DNA from: Planctopirus limnophila DSM 3776
Lineage (GTDB): Bacteria; Planctomycetota; Planctomycetia; Planctomycetales; Planctomycetaceae
DNA: 32,000 bases
Reading direction: 5' to 3'
Assembly (NCBI RefSeq): GCF_000092105.1
Contig: NC_014148.1
Location: 240,001 to 272,000 of the forward strand
Both the position numbers and the translations under genes were made by a program. Of this stretch, positions 1 to 9,072 are shown one piece after another. How positions within the stretch are numbered: position 1 is the first letter of the stretch; each line of letters opens with the position of its first letter. The notes under the pieces are model-generated. The model worked only from the letters and a program-made list of their open reading frames with translations, had not been told where the DNA came from and ran no database searches.

Positions 1-675
1 TCCCGTTCCACACGCCTGAGTTTCACCACTGCCACGTTCCCAGACACGCAATTGAATTTCGGTCCGCGAAAGGACCTGTGCGAACTCGGCATTCACCCGG
101 CGTGGAAAAGCGGCATGCACTTCGACTTGCGGCCCAAGGCCCAGCACCCAGGCATCCGTCAGCTCATCCACAAATGTCACGCAATGCGGATTCCCCATCG
201 AAACACAGGTGACGGAGATGGTTTTGTCGCCCACAACCAGCGGTTGATTCACAGGCGGATCCCCGGGCAATGCTGTGGGGATATCAGCACTTTTGAGAAT
301 CGGTGTCCCCATGTTGACGCGGACACGTTCCGCCTTACCAGAAGAGCCCGCAAACATCTGGAGAGTCAACACACCTCGGCCAGTCTCAATTCTGAGTTCA
401 GGCTTTTTGGCAATGCCGTGATCATAGACATACTTGGCCACACAGCGAACGCCGTTGCCGCACATTTCCGATTCGCTGCCGTCGGCATTGAACATCTGCA
501 TGCGGGCATCGCCGCGTTCGGATGGGCCAATGAGGATCAGCCCGTCGCCACCAATTCCCTTGTAGCGGTTCGAAACGATTCGGGCCAAATCGGGCGCAGC
601 GAGCGGAAGTTTCTCTGCGAACAGATTCACATAGACGTAATCATTGCCGATTCCATGCATTTTAGTGAAACGCAT
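1..675 (-). CDS. dapF: diaminopimelate epimerase, 3' end cut by window edge
   Basis: Own reverse-strand translation from the ATG at 675-673 reads [25 protein letters not shown]. At the window edge it reads [20 protein letters not shown], the DapF catalytic-Cys region. The frame is open to position 1. It is absent from the ORF track because there is no stop in the window. The + ORF 52..804 is its antisense shadow. Confidence 0.9.
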   Translation of the reverse strand, partial: MRFTKMHGIGNDYVYVNLFAEKLPLAAPDLARIVSNRYKGIGGDGLILIGPSERGDARMQMFNADGSESEMCGNGVRCVAKYVYDHGIAKKPELRIETGRGVLTLQMFAGSSGKAERVRVNMGTPILKSADIPTALPGDPPVNQPLVVGDKTISVTCVSMGNPHCVTFVDELTDAWVLGLGPQVEVHAAFPRRVNAEFAQVLSRTEIQLRVWERGSGETQACGTG

Positions 676-911
676 CGAAGTCATTCTCTCTGCAAAAGGG
701 TGCGGGCTGGCTCTTCGATCAGGACGACCGGAAACAAACTTTCCTTCAGGATAACCGACCTGCTCTTGCCTCGCCTCCAACTTCTGCCCGATGATAGGTT
801 TTGAATGGTTTCATCACAAAATCCAGTGGGTGGCCTGAATGGCTGGTTTCGACCGAACTGCTGGTTGATTTGGTAGTTACATCCGCCCCGTAATTTCATC
901 CGAGGAGTTGC

Positions 912-2204
912 ATGCGTATGCCTCACGTTCAACATCGGGAATGCAAACTTCCTTCGATATCAACTCGGCTCCAGAAGACGGATTTGCCAGCCGTTTTCTT
1001 GGCGATGGTGACGTTGTGGCTGGGTTTGGAACTGCCGCCGGTTTTCGCACAGCCGCGTGACCCGTACCTGGCACCCCGGCATCAGATGGTCACCGAGTTC
1101 ATTGAACGCGAAGGGGTCAAGAATCCGCGTGTGCTCTCGTCGATGCGTCAAGTGCCTCGTCATGAGTTCGTGTTGCCGACTCAAAAGCAGCAGGCCTATT
1201 TCGACCAGGCCATGCCGATTGGCCATAAGCAGACGATTTCTCCCCCTTACATTGTGGCCTATGAGACCGAAGCCATTGATCCACAGCCGACCGATAAGGT
1301 GCTCGAAATCGGGACGGGAAGTGGCTATCAGGCGGCTGTGCTTTCAAATCTGGTGCAGGAGGTCTACACGATCGAGATTGTGGAGCCACTAGGAAAGACC
1401 GCCGCCGAACGTCTGAAAAGGCTGGGCTATAACAATGTGAAGGTGAAGGTGGGCGATGGCTACCAGGGGTGGGCCGAGCATGCCCCGTTCGACAAAATTC
1501 TGGTGACCTGCTCCCCCGAGGATGTACCCAAGCCGCTGGTTGATCAACTCAAGGAAGGTGGCAAAATGATCATCCCCTTAGGAGAACGATACCAGCAGGT
1601 CTTTCATCTCATGGAGAAGAAAGACGGCCAGATGATCAGCCAGAAGCTGATTCCTGTGCTGTTTGTCCCGATGACCGGTGCCGCCGAAGATGAGCGCAAG
1701 GTCAAGCCTGATCCCATGCATCCTCAACTGGTGAATGGCGACTTTGAAACGGATGAAAACAATGACGGCATGGTCGATCACTGGTATTACCAGCGACAGG
1801 TGAAGCTCGAAACGGCCGACGTACATGGTGGCAAAGTGGCCGTGACGCTCAGTAACAGCGAGCCCGGTCGTATGGCGCAACTGGTGCAAGGGATGCCTGT
1901 CGACGGGATTCGTCTGGGGACGATGGATGTCAGCTTATGGGCCAAGGCCAAAGGCTTGCGGTCGAGCCGGGATGGGAACGAGCGGCCCGAGCTATCGGTG
2001 ATTTTCTTTGATGACCTCCGCCGGACAGTGGCCGAGGTCAGCGTGCCGATCTCGACGGGAACTTACGAATGGCAGGAGTTTCGCAAGAGCTTTGCCATTC
2101 CCACCAAAGCCCGGGAAGCCATCATTTTTATGAGCCTTCAAGGAGCGACAGGCGACTTAACGATCGACGACCTGCAGATTCGCACACCGTTTCGGAAGCC
2201 GTAG
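912..2204 (+). CDS. pcm: protein-L-isoaspartate O-methyltransferase domain protein with N-terminal signal/anchor and ~190-aa C-terminal extension
   Basis: PCMT motifs are present: PRHEFV, MPIGHKQTISPPYIVA, the AdoMet motif VLEIGTGSGYQAAVL, and GGKMIIPLG. A GAGGAG Shine-Dalgarno sits 4 nt before the ATG at 912. A hydrophobic N-terminal segment reads LPAVFLAMVTLWLGLELPPVFAQP. The C-terminal part begins LVNGDFETDENNDG and ends LTIDDLQI. Confidence 0.85.
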   Translation: MRMPHVQHRECKLPSISTRLQKTDLPAVFLAMVTLWLGLELPPVFAQPRDPYLAPRHQMVTEFIEREGVKNPRVLSSMRQVPRHEFVLPTQKQQAYFDQAMPIGHKQTISPPYIVAYETEAIDPQPTDKVLEIGTGSGYQAAVLSNLVQEVYTIEIVEPLGKTAAERLKRLGYNNVKVKVGDGYQGWAEHAPFDKILVTCSPEDVPKPLVDQLKEGGKMIIPLGERYQQVFHLMEKKDGQMISQKLIPVLFVPMTGAAEDERKVKPDPMHPQLVNGDFETDENNDGMVDHWYYQRQVKLETADVHGGKVAVTLSNSEPGRMAQLVQGMPVDGIRLGTMDVSLWAKAKGLRSSRDGNERPELSVIFFDDLRRTVAEVSVPISTGTYEWQEFRKSFAIPTKAREAIIFMSLQGATGDLTIDDLQIRTPFRKP

Positions 2205-2435
2205 TTCAACAACTCAGCGTAGAAAATGGTTATGCAGTGTGCAGTGTGTGACTGTTCTGAGTGTTTAATTACAATATGAAAAAAATATCTTTACAAATTG
2301 ACTTATTATAACACTTAAAGATGCTTTACACTGGTTGGCGTAGAAAAAACATGTCCATTCAAACGTTGTCTCACAAATGTAAGTTCTTTTAGGTTGTCCC
2401 AGGCTACGGCACGACCACGCTTTTCTCTGGTGGCT

Positions 2436-3455
2436 TTACAGTCGTTGTACTACCGCGTCAATTGCCTGTTGGCAACTTTGCAGATAATCCCTGTTCACTT
2501 GTGTTTCACGGCCCCCAATATCGTGTCGACCTACAGCAAGACGACTAAAGGGGACGCCTTTCGCAAATGCGACCACCCCGGTAGTTTGGAAGTCGCGAAC
2601 TTCAACGAAGCCATCTGCTCTATTTGAAAATGTGAACACTTCAGGAGAAATAGCCAGTACATTTCCTACAAACTCTTCTATCTTATTCATCACTGATCCA
2701 TAGGCGCTTGCGGGACCCATGTATTGAGTCAATCGATTCTGAGGAATCAAGTGAACCTTAGGTAATTCGCGATTGGCTTGTTTAAGCTTCGTTGTGAAGG
2801 AATAATCTGAGTAAATCGAAGACTGTAGTTGAAGGCCATGAACTAAAGTAAAGGCGTTCTGAATCGCTCTTCGAGATGAGTCATCCGCCATTATAGGCAG
2901 TACGAGTCTGCTCGCAGCCGAAATTGCAATTTGCGTGTACATTGAAAAACTTGGGTTCGTATCAATAAAAACAGTATCGAAGTCATTAGCTACGGATTGA
3001 ATAAAGTCAGATATCCAGTCTGCAACTGCCAGCCAAGGATTTTGCCCGGGAATCTGGGCATTTGCTAAAGTTGCTATTGCATTTGACTGAAGCTCTAGCA
3101 GGGGATCTCCCGCGAGGAGAGTAATATTTCTTGGAATACTTGAGTTAACTGCACTTGGGTTGCTGAGAAAAGCCTTAGAATTTATCGATGGTATAGTGTA
3201 AGGTGATGGAAGCCTTGACTCAAAATAGCCACCCACAGTTCTTCGCGGAGATTGTTCCTGTAATCTTGTTAATTCACTGCTTCCGTCTCCCATCAATCCA
3301 CCGAGAAACAATTCTGATAGGTTCGCTTGGGGGCAAAGGTCTAGGACTAGAAGTCTTTCTTTTGTGTTCTGCTCCGCATAACGACAAGCACTCTGAAAGA
3401 GTAGGCTTGTCTTTCCTGTTCCACCTTTATTGTTCCAAAAAGCGTACTTTTTCAT
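2436..3455 (-). CDS. ParA/MinD-superfamily P-loop ATPase, orphan, 339 aa
   Basis: A deviant Walker A, KKYAFWNNKGGTGKTS, lies at the N-terminus. Walker A'-like LLVLDLCPQAN and Walker B-like DTVFIDTNPS are also present. This is the only sensible ORF in an AT-rich segment. The + ORFs overlapping it are antisense. Confidence 0.8.
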   Translation of the reverse strand: MKKYAFWNNKGGTGKTSLLFQSACRYAEQNTKERLLVLDLCPQANLSELFLGGLMGDGSSELTRLQEQSPRRTVGGYFESRLPSPYTIPSINSKAFLSNPSAVNSSIPRNITLLAGDPLLELQSNAIATLANAQIPGQNPWLAVADWISDFIQSVANDFDTVFIDTNPSFSMYTQIAISAASRLVLPIMADDSSRRAIQNAFTLVHGLQLQSSIYSDYSFTTKLKQANRELPKVHLIPQNRLTQYMGPASAYGSVMNKIEEFVGNVLAISPEVFTFSNRADGFVEVRDFQTTGVVAFAKGVPFSRLAVGRHDIGGRETQVNRDYLQSCQQAIDAVVQRL

Positions 3456-3673
3456 TTCGATTACCCTTGGATGGTATTATTTATGAGCTTCCAGAAGAGC
3501 AGTTAATTAGTATTCATGACGATTTGGTACTGAATTGTCAATCAGTGTGTTGGTGGCAAGTCATTCAAGGCTGTTTACTTCAGAAGCAGATTTGTGTTCG
3601 TTGTTTTAACGAGTTAATTTGCGATGGTCTTCGCGTCGAGACAAACAAAATGGGTGGAGTGTTACTGAACATT

Positions 3674-5719
3674 TCACGAATGCACAATGCGGCACTCGGG
3701 CAGGCTTTCCAGGAAGACGCGGCCATAAGGTTTTGTGCGGATGCGGGGGTCGAGGATGACGACCATGCCGCGATCTGTCTTCGTGCGAATGAGGCGACCG
3801 AAGCCTTGCTTCAATTTGATGGCGGCTTCGGGAACCTGATACTCCATAAAGGGATTGCCGCCACGAGCACGAATCGCTTCCACACGTGCTTCCAGCAGTG
3901 GATGATCGGGCACACTGAAAGGGAGCTTCGTAATGATCACGTTCTGCAGAGCGTCGCCCGGAACATCGACCCCTTGCCAGAAGCTATCGGTCCCAAAGAG
4001 GACTGCCGCCGGGTCTTTACGAAATCGCTCTAACATCTGCGAACGCGGCAATTCGCCACTTTGCGAGTAGAGCGAAAAGTTCTTGCGAATCAGCCAGTTC
4101 GTTAAGCGTCGCTCACAGCTTTGGAGCATTTTGTAGCTGGTAAAGAGCACAAAGGCCCGGCCCGATGTCTGGCTGACGTACTCCTGGATTTTCTCACAGA
4201 CAGCGAACTCGAAGTCGGCAGGAGAATCAGTCGGATCGGGCATCCCATCCGGGAGGACGAGCTTCATCTGCTCGCGGTAATTGAAGGGGCTGCCGAGCCT
4301 TAAACTTTGCGAGCGAGTTAAGCCGAGACGAGAGCGAATGAAGTCAAAACTTTGCTGTCCCACAGCCAGAGTGGCACTCGTCAGGATCACTGTGGGAACT
4401 TTATTGAAGAGTTCTTCGCGCAGGACCGATCCCACTTCAATGGGTGAACAGCAGAGCTTCACTTTGAGGTTCCGCTGGGCACCTGTGGTTTCGACCCAGT
4501 AAACGCTGTCGCCGCGTCCCTGTTCGACCCATTGCGAAATACTCCCTGCCAGCGAAATGAGTCGTTCACTGGCACTGACAAGTTCGATCTTTTCCTCTTC
4601 CTGCTTCAGTTTGGCAGCGTACTCGGCCAACGACGTGGCCAGCTTGCGTAGATCTCCTGAAAGTGTGTTTTCAATCGCTAAAGGCTCACGAACTCGACCA
4701 TTGGCCGGGCCATGATCGTGAACGCGATGCCGGATCTCATCAAAAAATTCGTAGACATCATGCTTGAGCCGGGTGATTAGCGCCCTTTGGGGTTCGAGTG
4801 GATAGCCTGCAATCAGGCCCTTTTGCGTCTTTTCGTTGAACAGCCGATTGAGCATATACTCGATCTGGCCACTGCTGATCCCCAAGCCCAGGTGGTCGGC
4901 GGCAACCTGTTCGAGTGTGTGGGCTTCATCGAAGACGACTGTCTGATAATCGGGGAGGACGCTCGCTCCTTCCCGGCGGAGTGCGAGATCAGCACAAAAA
5001 AGCGCGTGATTGACAATCAGAACATCGGCATTCCAGACACGCCTGCGCGCTTTGTAGTAATGGCAGTCGCTATAAGTGGGGCAGTTCTTCCCGAGGCAGT
5101 TGCCATGCTCGCTGCGGACTTCATCCCAGACCTGAGGCAGTGGCTTAAAGTCGAGACTGGCGAGGCTGCCATCGTTCGTTTCGCGGGCCCAGCCTGCCAG
5201 CGAACGCACCTGATCTTCGGCCTCACTGGTCGGAAAGAGGGATCGCGACTTTTCGAGAGCTCCTTTGAGACGACGCAGACTCACATAATTGGACCGCCCT
5301 TTGACAAGCACAGCCGAAAACTCGACAGGCAGGATCGAATTGAGCAGCGGAAGATCCCGGCTGATGAGCTGTTCCTGGAGGCTGATGGTATGCGTGGAAA
5401 TGATCACGCGCCTTTTGGCGCCACCATCGACAGTTGAACCCTGATTGGCGGTGGCTGCGAGGATGGCGGGAACCAGATAGGCGTAGCTCTTACCTGTCCC
5501 CGTGCCGGCTTCGACGACAAGATGCTCACCAGCGGCAATCGCAGCGGTGACCGCCCGGGCCATCTCGAGTTGCTCACCACGCACTTCATAGTGCGGCAAG
5601 CGACGAGCCAGCAGGCCCTCCTGGCCCAGGACATTTTCAGCCGTCAGCTCCACGCTTGACCTTGCTCCAGAAGAATCGGCACTCACTCCGCAGTGTCTCA
5701 ACAGGTGAGAACCTGCCAC
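3674..5719 (-). CDS. dinG: ATP-dependent DNA helicase, DinG/XPD (Rad3) family
   Basis: Walker A is VVEAGTGTGKSYAYLVP and the DEAH-type box is VVFDEAH. A Cys cluster, CLGKNCPTYSDCHYY, is typical of the Fe-S domain. C-terminal helicase motifs include VLFTSY, FWQGVDVPG and QGFGRLIR. The start is uncertain: GTG at 5719 or an internal start. Confidence 0.85.
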   Translation of the reverse strand: MAGSHLLRHCGVSADSSGARSSVELTAENVLGQEGLLARRLPHYEVRGEQLEMARAVTAAIAAGEHLVVEAGTGTGKSYAYLVPAILAATANQGSTVDGGAKRRVIISTHTISLQEQLISRDLPLLNSILPVEFSAVLVKGRSNYVSLRRLKGALEKSRSLFPTSEAEDQVRSLAGWARETNDGSLASLDFKPLPQVWDEVRSEHGNCLGKNCPTYSDCHYYKARRRVWNADVLIVNHALFCADLALRREGASVLPDYQTVVFDEAHTLEQVAADHLGLGISSGQIEYMLNRLFNEKTQKGLIAGYPLEPQRALITRLKHDVYEFFDEIRHRVHDHGPANGRVREPLAIENTLSGDLRKLATSLAEYAAKLKQEEEKIELVSASERLISLAGSISQWVEQGRGDSVYWVETTGAQRNLKVKLCCSPIEVGSVLREELFNKVPTVILTSATLAVGQQSFDFIRSRLGLTRSQSLRLGSPFNYREQMKLVLPDGMPDPTDSPADFEFAVCEKIQEYVSQTSGRAFVLFTSYKMLQSCERRLTNWLIRKNFSLYSQSGELPRSQMLERFRKDPAAVLFGTDSFWQGVDVPGDALQNVIITKLPFSVPDHPLLEARVEAIRARGGNPFMEYQVPEAAIKLKQGFGRLIRTKTDRGMVVILDPRIRTKPYGRVFLESLPECRIVHS

Positions 5720-5959
5720 AAGAAGAGGATATCAGACTTCCCGGCGATTGGTTACTCACTCCCCGGAGAGTAGGCCCCAGCGTTACGGCCTGATTGACTG
5801 ATGCAATCGTCATAACCGGACAGGTCAAACGTGGCATTCTGGCAACAAGTTTCCCAGAGAGGTTCCGCCAGAACGTAGGTTAGGAGTGTTGAATTGTTTT
5901 CTTTTCCGGGGAGTGAGGCTTGTCCCCGGGAGCTGGATTTCGTCCAAGGACTGTTGACC

Positions 5960-7624
5960 ATGCCTGTCGATCTGAAAACGACACCTCAGAAATCGCTTGT
6001 TCCTGCGGATGAGCCGGGTACGGCAGGTTCTCAAATCGTTACGTCAACACAGGGCGAGTTTGTCGCTCAGGATGAGGCATCATCGGACGCACATCCCAGT
6101 GTGGGTGCCGATGTTTCGATGCTGACTGATAAAACACCTCCCTGGCTGCGTGCCTCGCGGCGAATGGCAATCATCACGCTGCTGGTGGGCGTGGCCTTCT
6201 GGTTTTATTCGATCAAGCCGGTGTGGCATGCCGATCCCTGGTCGCATATTGCCTATGGAAAACTGATTGTCAGTGAGGGCCTGCCAGCCACTGAGCAACT
6301 GTTGCCTCTGGCTCGCGGTATGGCTTACTGGAACTCATCGTGGTTGTTCGATGTGCTGCTGCGAAATGTCGATCGTACGCTGGGCGGGGCTGGTCTGCAG
6401 GGAGCCACCGGGATCTTTGCCGGGTTGATTGTGGCGATCTTTGTGAGTTCGCTCGCCTACACCACGGGACGCACGTTACTGGCCTGCGGTATGGGCATGG
6501 CGCTGCTGTTTCTGATTGGCCATGATCTCTCGATCCTCCGGTCACAGCTGGCTGGAATCGTATGTTTTCTGACGGCGTGGATTCTCTGGCAAGGAGCGAT
6601 CAGGAATGCTCATGCCTGGTGGCAACTTCCGCTGCTGTTTGCCGTATGGGCCAATCTGGACAGTTCGTTCATGGTGGGATTGATCGTTCCCGTGGCGATG
6701 ATGGCTGGACGCATGGTCGATCGATGGGTGAAGACGGGCCAGTGGAAATCGATTCTTCGCGATCAGCATCTGGGCAAACTGCTGCTGGTGACTCAACTCT
6801 GCCTTTTGGCAACGCTGCTGAATCCATATCAGGGGCGGATGTGGTGGGAAGTTCTAACGTTCTCTCAGAATCCAAATCTGAGTGCGATGGTTGACTGGAG
6901 CCCGCTGACATTGCGATCAACCGAAGGGCAGTTCTTTGCAGCGACCATTTTGATACTTTTGGGTGTCGTCCGCAGTTCCCCCCGACGATTGGGAACTGGC
7001 GAGATGATATTGCTGGTCAGTCTGGCGGCTCTGGGCTGTTGGAACACCCGGCAGCTCGTATGGTTCTATCCCGTCGCACTGTGGACTCTGGCCATGCATG
7101 CCAGTGCCATCCTCTCGAAAAACGGCTGGTCAAAGCATGCCTCGCCACGAGCCGGCAAGTGGTCTGTGGTCATGGTGGGACTGGTCTGGATCTGTTTTGG
7201 TTTCAGCCCGCTGGGTATGCGCGTGCTGCATGGCAAGCAACCCACAGCAAGCCGCTTGAATGTCGCATTTGCACCTGTCGAACTCACTCAGTACCTCGTG
7301 AAGAAACCACCCGAAGGACAGATTTTCAATCCCGTCGAATGGGGTGACTATCTACTGGTGCATGGGCCGGAAAATCTCAAGATCTTTGCCAATTCGCAGG
7401 TGCAGAGACTCCCTCGAGAAGTCTGGCGCGACTACCTCACGATTGTCGATCTGGGATCGGGATGGAGTGAGATTCTCGATCGCTACAGCATCAACACCGT
7501 GGTGCTGGATAAGCAGTTCCGTGAGGGTGTGATCCGCCGGATGAAAGAAGAGACAGCCTGGAAGCTGGTTTATGAAGATGGCCGGGGGGCGGTCTTCACA
7601 CGGAAGTTACCTATTACTCGCTAA
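5960..7624 (+). CDS. polytopic integral membrane protein of unknown function (GT-C-like architecture is possible but unproven)
   Basis: The long ORF has more than 10 hydrophobic helices followed by a ~130-aa soluble C-terminal domain. I prefer the ATG at 5960, which has AAGGA about 10 nt upstream, over the TTG at 5894. Confidence 0.7.
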   Translation: MPVDLKTTPQKSLVPADEPGTAGSQIVTSTQGEFVAQDEASSDAHPSVGADVSMLTDKTPPWLRASRRMAIITLLVGVAFWFYSIKPVWHADPWSHIAYGKLIVSEGLPATEQLLPLARGMAYWNSSWLFDVLLRNVDRTLGGAGLQGATGIFAGLIVAIFVSSLAYTTGRTLLACGMGMALLFLIGHDLSILRSQLAGIVCFLTAWILWQGAIRNAHAWWQLPLLFAVWANLDSSFMVGLIVPVAMMAGRMVDRWVKTGQWKSILRDQHLGKLLLVTQLCLLATLLNPYQGRMWWEVLTFSQNPNLSAMVDWSPLTLRSTEGQFFAATILILLGVVRSSPRRLGTGEMILLVSLAALGCWNTRQLVWFYPVALWTLAMHASAILSKNGWSKHASPRAGKWSVVMVGLVWICFGFSPLGMRVLHGKQPTASRLNVAFAPVELTQYLVKKPPEGQIFNPVEWGDYLLVHGPENLKIFANSQVQRLPREVWRDYLTIVDLGSGWSEILDRYSINTVVLDKQFREGVIRRMKEETAWKLVYEDGRGAVFTRKLPITR

Positions 7625-7708
7625 GTGTGACGGCTGGCGATTGCCTGTGGTTTGTACGGTTTTCTATCGATCAAGATTTATCCCTTTGAACCTTCCAGGA
7701 TCTGGAAC

Positions 7709-8947
7709 ATGTCTCGTCCATCAACAGTCAAGTCTCGCTTCTGGAGATCGCTGGTCTTGACTCAACTGGCTTCGGCCGTCTTATTGCTGACTTCACTGGC
7801 GTGGGCCTATTCGCCAGTCGCACCATTACGGCAAGCACTCAACCCTGTGCTGACAGCACCGGAAGTGCCTGTACCGCCGCGTACCGAACCACTGTTTATC
7901 GCTCCGCTGTACAACGACCCCGAAGTGGTCAGCGATGAAGAACTGGCTTTGGTGCTGAAGAAGGTTCAGCCACGGTTCCCGCAAAAGGCTCTGAAGCCCA
8001 ACTATGTCGAGCATGCACTCCGCGCCTGGACAATCCACGCGAAATTCAAAGATCCCGAAGTGATGAGTGGCGAACAGATGAAGGAGTTTCTCACCAATCA
8101 TGGGCAGTTTCTGGCTTCGTGGGGTGAGAAAATTGAGCCGATTCTGGAGGATCGCCAGACGGGTGTCGCCATTCGCTGGGGGAAGGAGCAATGTGCCTCG
8201 GTCCATCATGATCATTGGCTGGCCTCGCTGACGGAAGCGGGTGTTTCGCTCCACGAACCTGTCTTTTTGCCTGGTGGGAAGCAGCGAAACATTGGTGATG
8301 TCCTGCGGCAATCGATGCTCGATTTCCGCGTCGATGAAATTGAAGTCGAGTGGTCGGCCATGGCGTTTGGCCTGTGGCTCGCTCCGCAGCGTGAGTGGGT
8401 GAACAATCAGGGTCGGCAGATCAATTTTGATCTTCTGGCCGAGCGACTGGTTCGCGGACATCAGCGGTTTGGCGTCTGTACCGGAACTCATCGTGTCTAT
8501 TCACTGATGCTCCTGATTCGACTGGATGATGAATATCACATTCTTTCTCCTGCCGGGCGAGATGTCGCGTGGAAGCATCTGGAGTTTATTCGGGATCAGA
8601 TTACGGTCTCTCAGTTTGAAGATGGGCACTGGCCATCAAACTGGTCGGATGGGGCACTGGCTCTGAAAGACCCGGTCGAAGATGAACTCTATAAGAAGGT
8701 GATTGCCACGGGCCATCATCTGGAATGGCTGGCCATTGCTCCGAAAGAACTGCACCCACCGCGTGAACAGATTCTCAAAGCGGCCGATTGGGTGATCAGC
8801 ACGACGACCGCGCAGACTCCCGAACAGATTCTGGGAACGTACACCTTCTTCAGTCATGTCGGGAATGCCCTGGCCTTGTGGAGGAACACGCGACCGAACA
8901 TCTTTTTTGAAGCGTGGGAAGCTCGGGAAAGTGCTGGAGGAAAGTAA
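7709..8947 (+). CDS. hypothetical protein with N-terminal signal/anchor
   Basis: The ORF is 431 codons. I prefer the ATG at 7709, giving MSRPSTVKSRFWRSLVLTQLASAVLLLTSLAWA (basic n-region plus hydrophobic helix). I recognise no family motif. Confidence 0.65.
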   Translation: MSRPSTVKSRFWRSLVLTQLASAVLLLTSLAWAYSPVAPLRQALNPVLTAPEVPVPPRTEPLFIAPLYNDPEVVSDEELALVLKKVQPRFPQKALKPNYVEHALRAWTIHAKFKDPEVMSGEQMKEFLTNHGQFLASWGEKIEPILEDRQTGVAIRWGKEQCASVHHDHWLASLTEAGVSLHEPVFLPGGKQRNIGDVLRQSMLDFRVDEIEVEWSAMAFGLWLAPQREWVNNQGRQINFDLLAERLVRGHQRFGVCTGTHRVYSLMLLIRLDDEYHILSPAGRDVAWKHLEFIRDQITVSQFEDGHWPSNWSDGALALKDPVEDELYKKVIATGHHLEWLAIAPKELHPPREQILKAADWVISTTTAQTPEQILGTYTFFSHVGNALALWRNTRPNIFFEAWEARESAGGK

Positions 8948-9050
8948 TTGGGTGTTTGGCATTCGGTGTTTGTCGTTTGAGATTTGAAGCCTGATATCGG
9001 AAAAACATCGTCTGACTTCCCCTATCAAACACCGAAAACCCAACACCAAA
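8948..9050 (+). repeat. long imperfect inverted repeat (25-nt arms, 53-nt spacer) in the purU leader
   Basis: Arm 8948-8972 is ttgggtgtttggcattcggtgtttg and arm 9026-9050 is caaacaccgaaaacccaacaccaaa. Paired by hand they give 21 of 25 Watson-Crick pairs, the inner 11 contiguous. The 3' arm ends 22 nt before the purU ATG. No U-tract follows. Confidence 0.6.
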
Positions 9051-9072
9051 CATCAACTCTCTGGAATCTCTC

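Noticed and set aside
52-804. 250-aa + strand ORF at the window start
   Set aside because: It is exactly antisense to a textbook dapF reading frame ([16 protein letters not shown]...ACGTG on the minus strand). Its own translation has no recognisable motifs and is rich in Arg and His, as expected for an antisense shadow.
3203-4033. 276-aa + strand ORF spanning the ParA-like gene, the spacer and the dinG 3' end
   Set aside because: It crosses the AT-rich/GC-normal boundary and is antisense to two well-supported genes. Its sequence has no motifs.
4787-5437. 216-aa + ORF, plus several 60-80-aa ORFs inside 3674-5719
   Set aside because: All are antisense or out of frame relative to the DinG helicase ORF, which carries the full helicase motif set. 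They are typical GC-rich shadow ORFs.
7091-7111. Other TGGCAC-containing sites considered as sigma54 promoters (minus strand here; also near 17400, 23025, 24507-24530 and 30448)
   Set aside because: All lack a TTGC/GC element at the required spacing. For example, this one is TGGCAC-tggca-TGCA, one nucleotide short. Most lie inside coding regions.
7826-8491. 221-aa minus-strand ORF inside the 7709-8947 gene
   Set aside because: It is shorter than the + strand ORF it overlaps and has no signal or motif. I judge the + frame to be the real one, although both are hypothetical proteins, so this is a judgement call.
8948-9072. Possible ZTP or THF riboswitch in front of purU
   Set aside because: purU-type genes are often under ZTP control, but I could not find the conserved ZTP pseudoknot elements or THF motifs as I remember them. 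Only a generic long hairpin is present, and it is reported separately as a structural observation.
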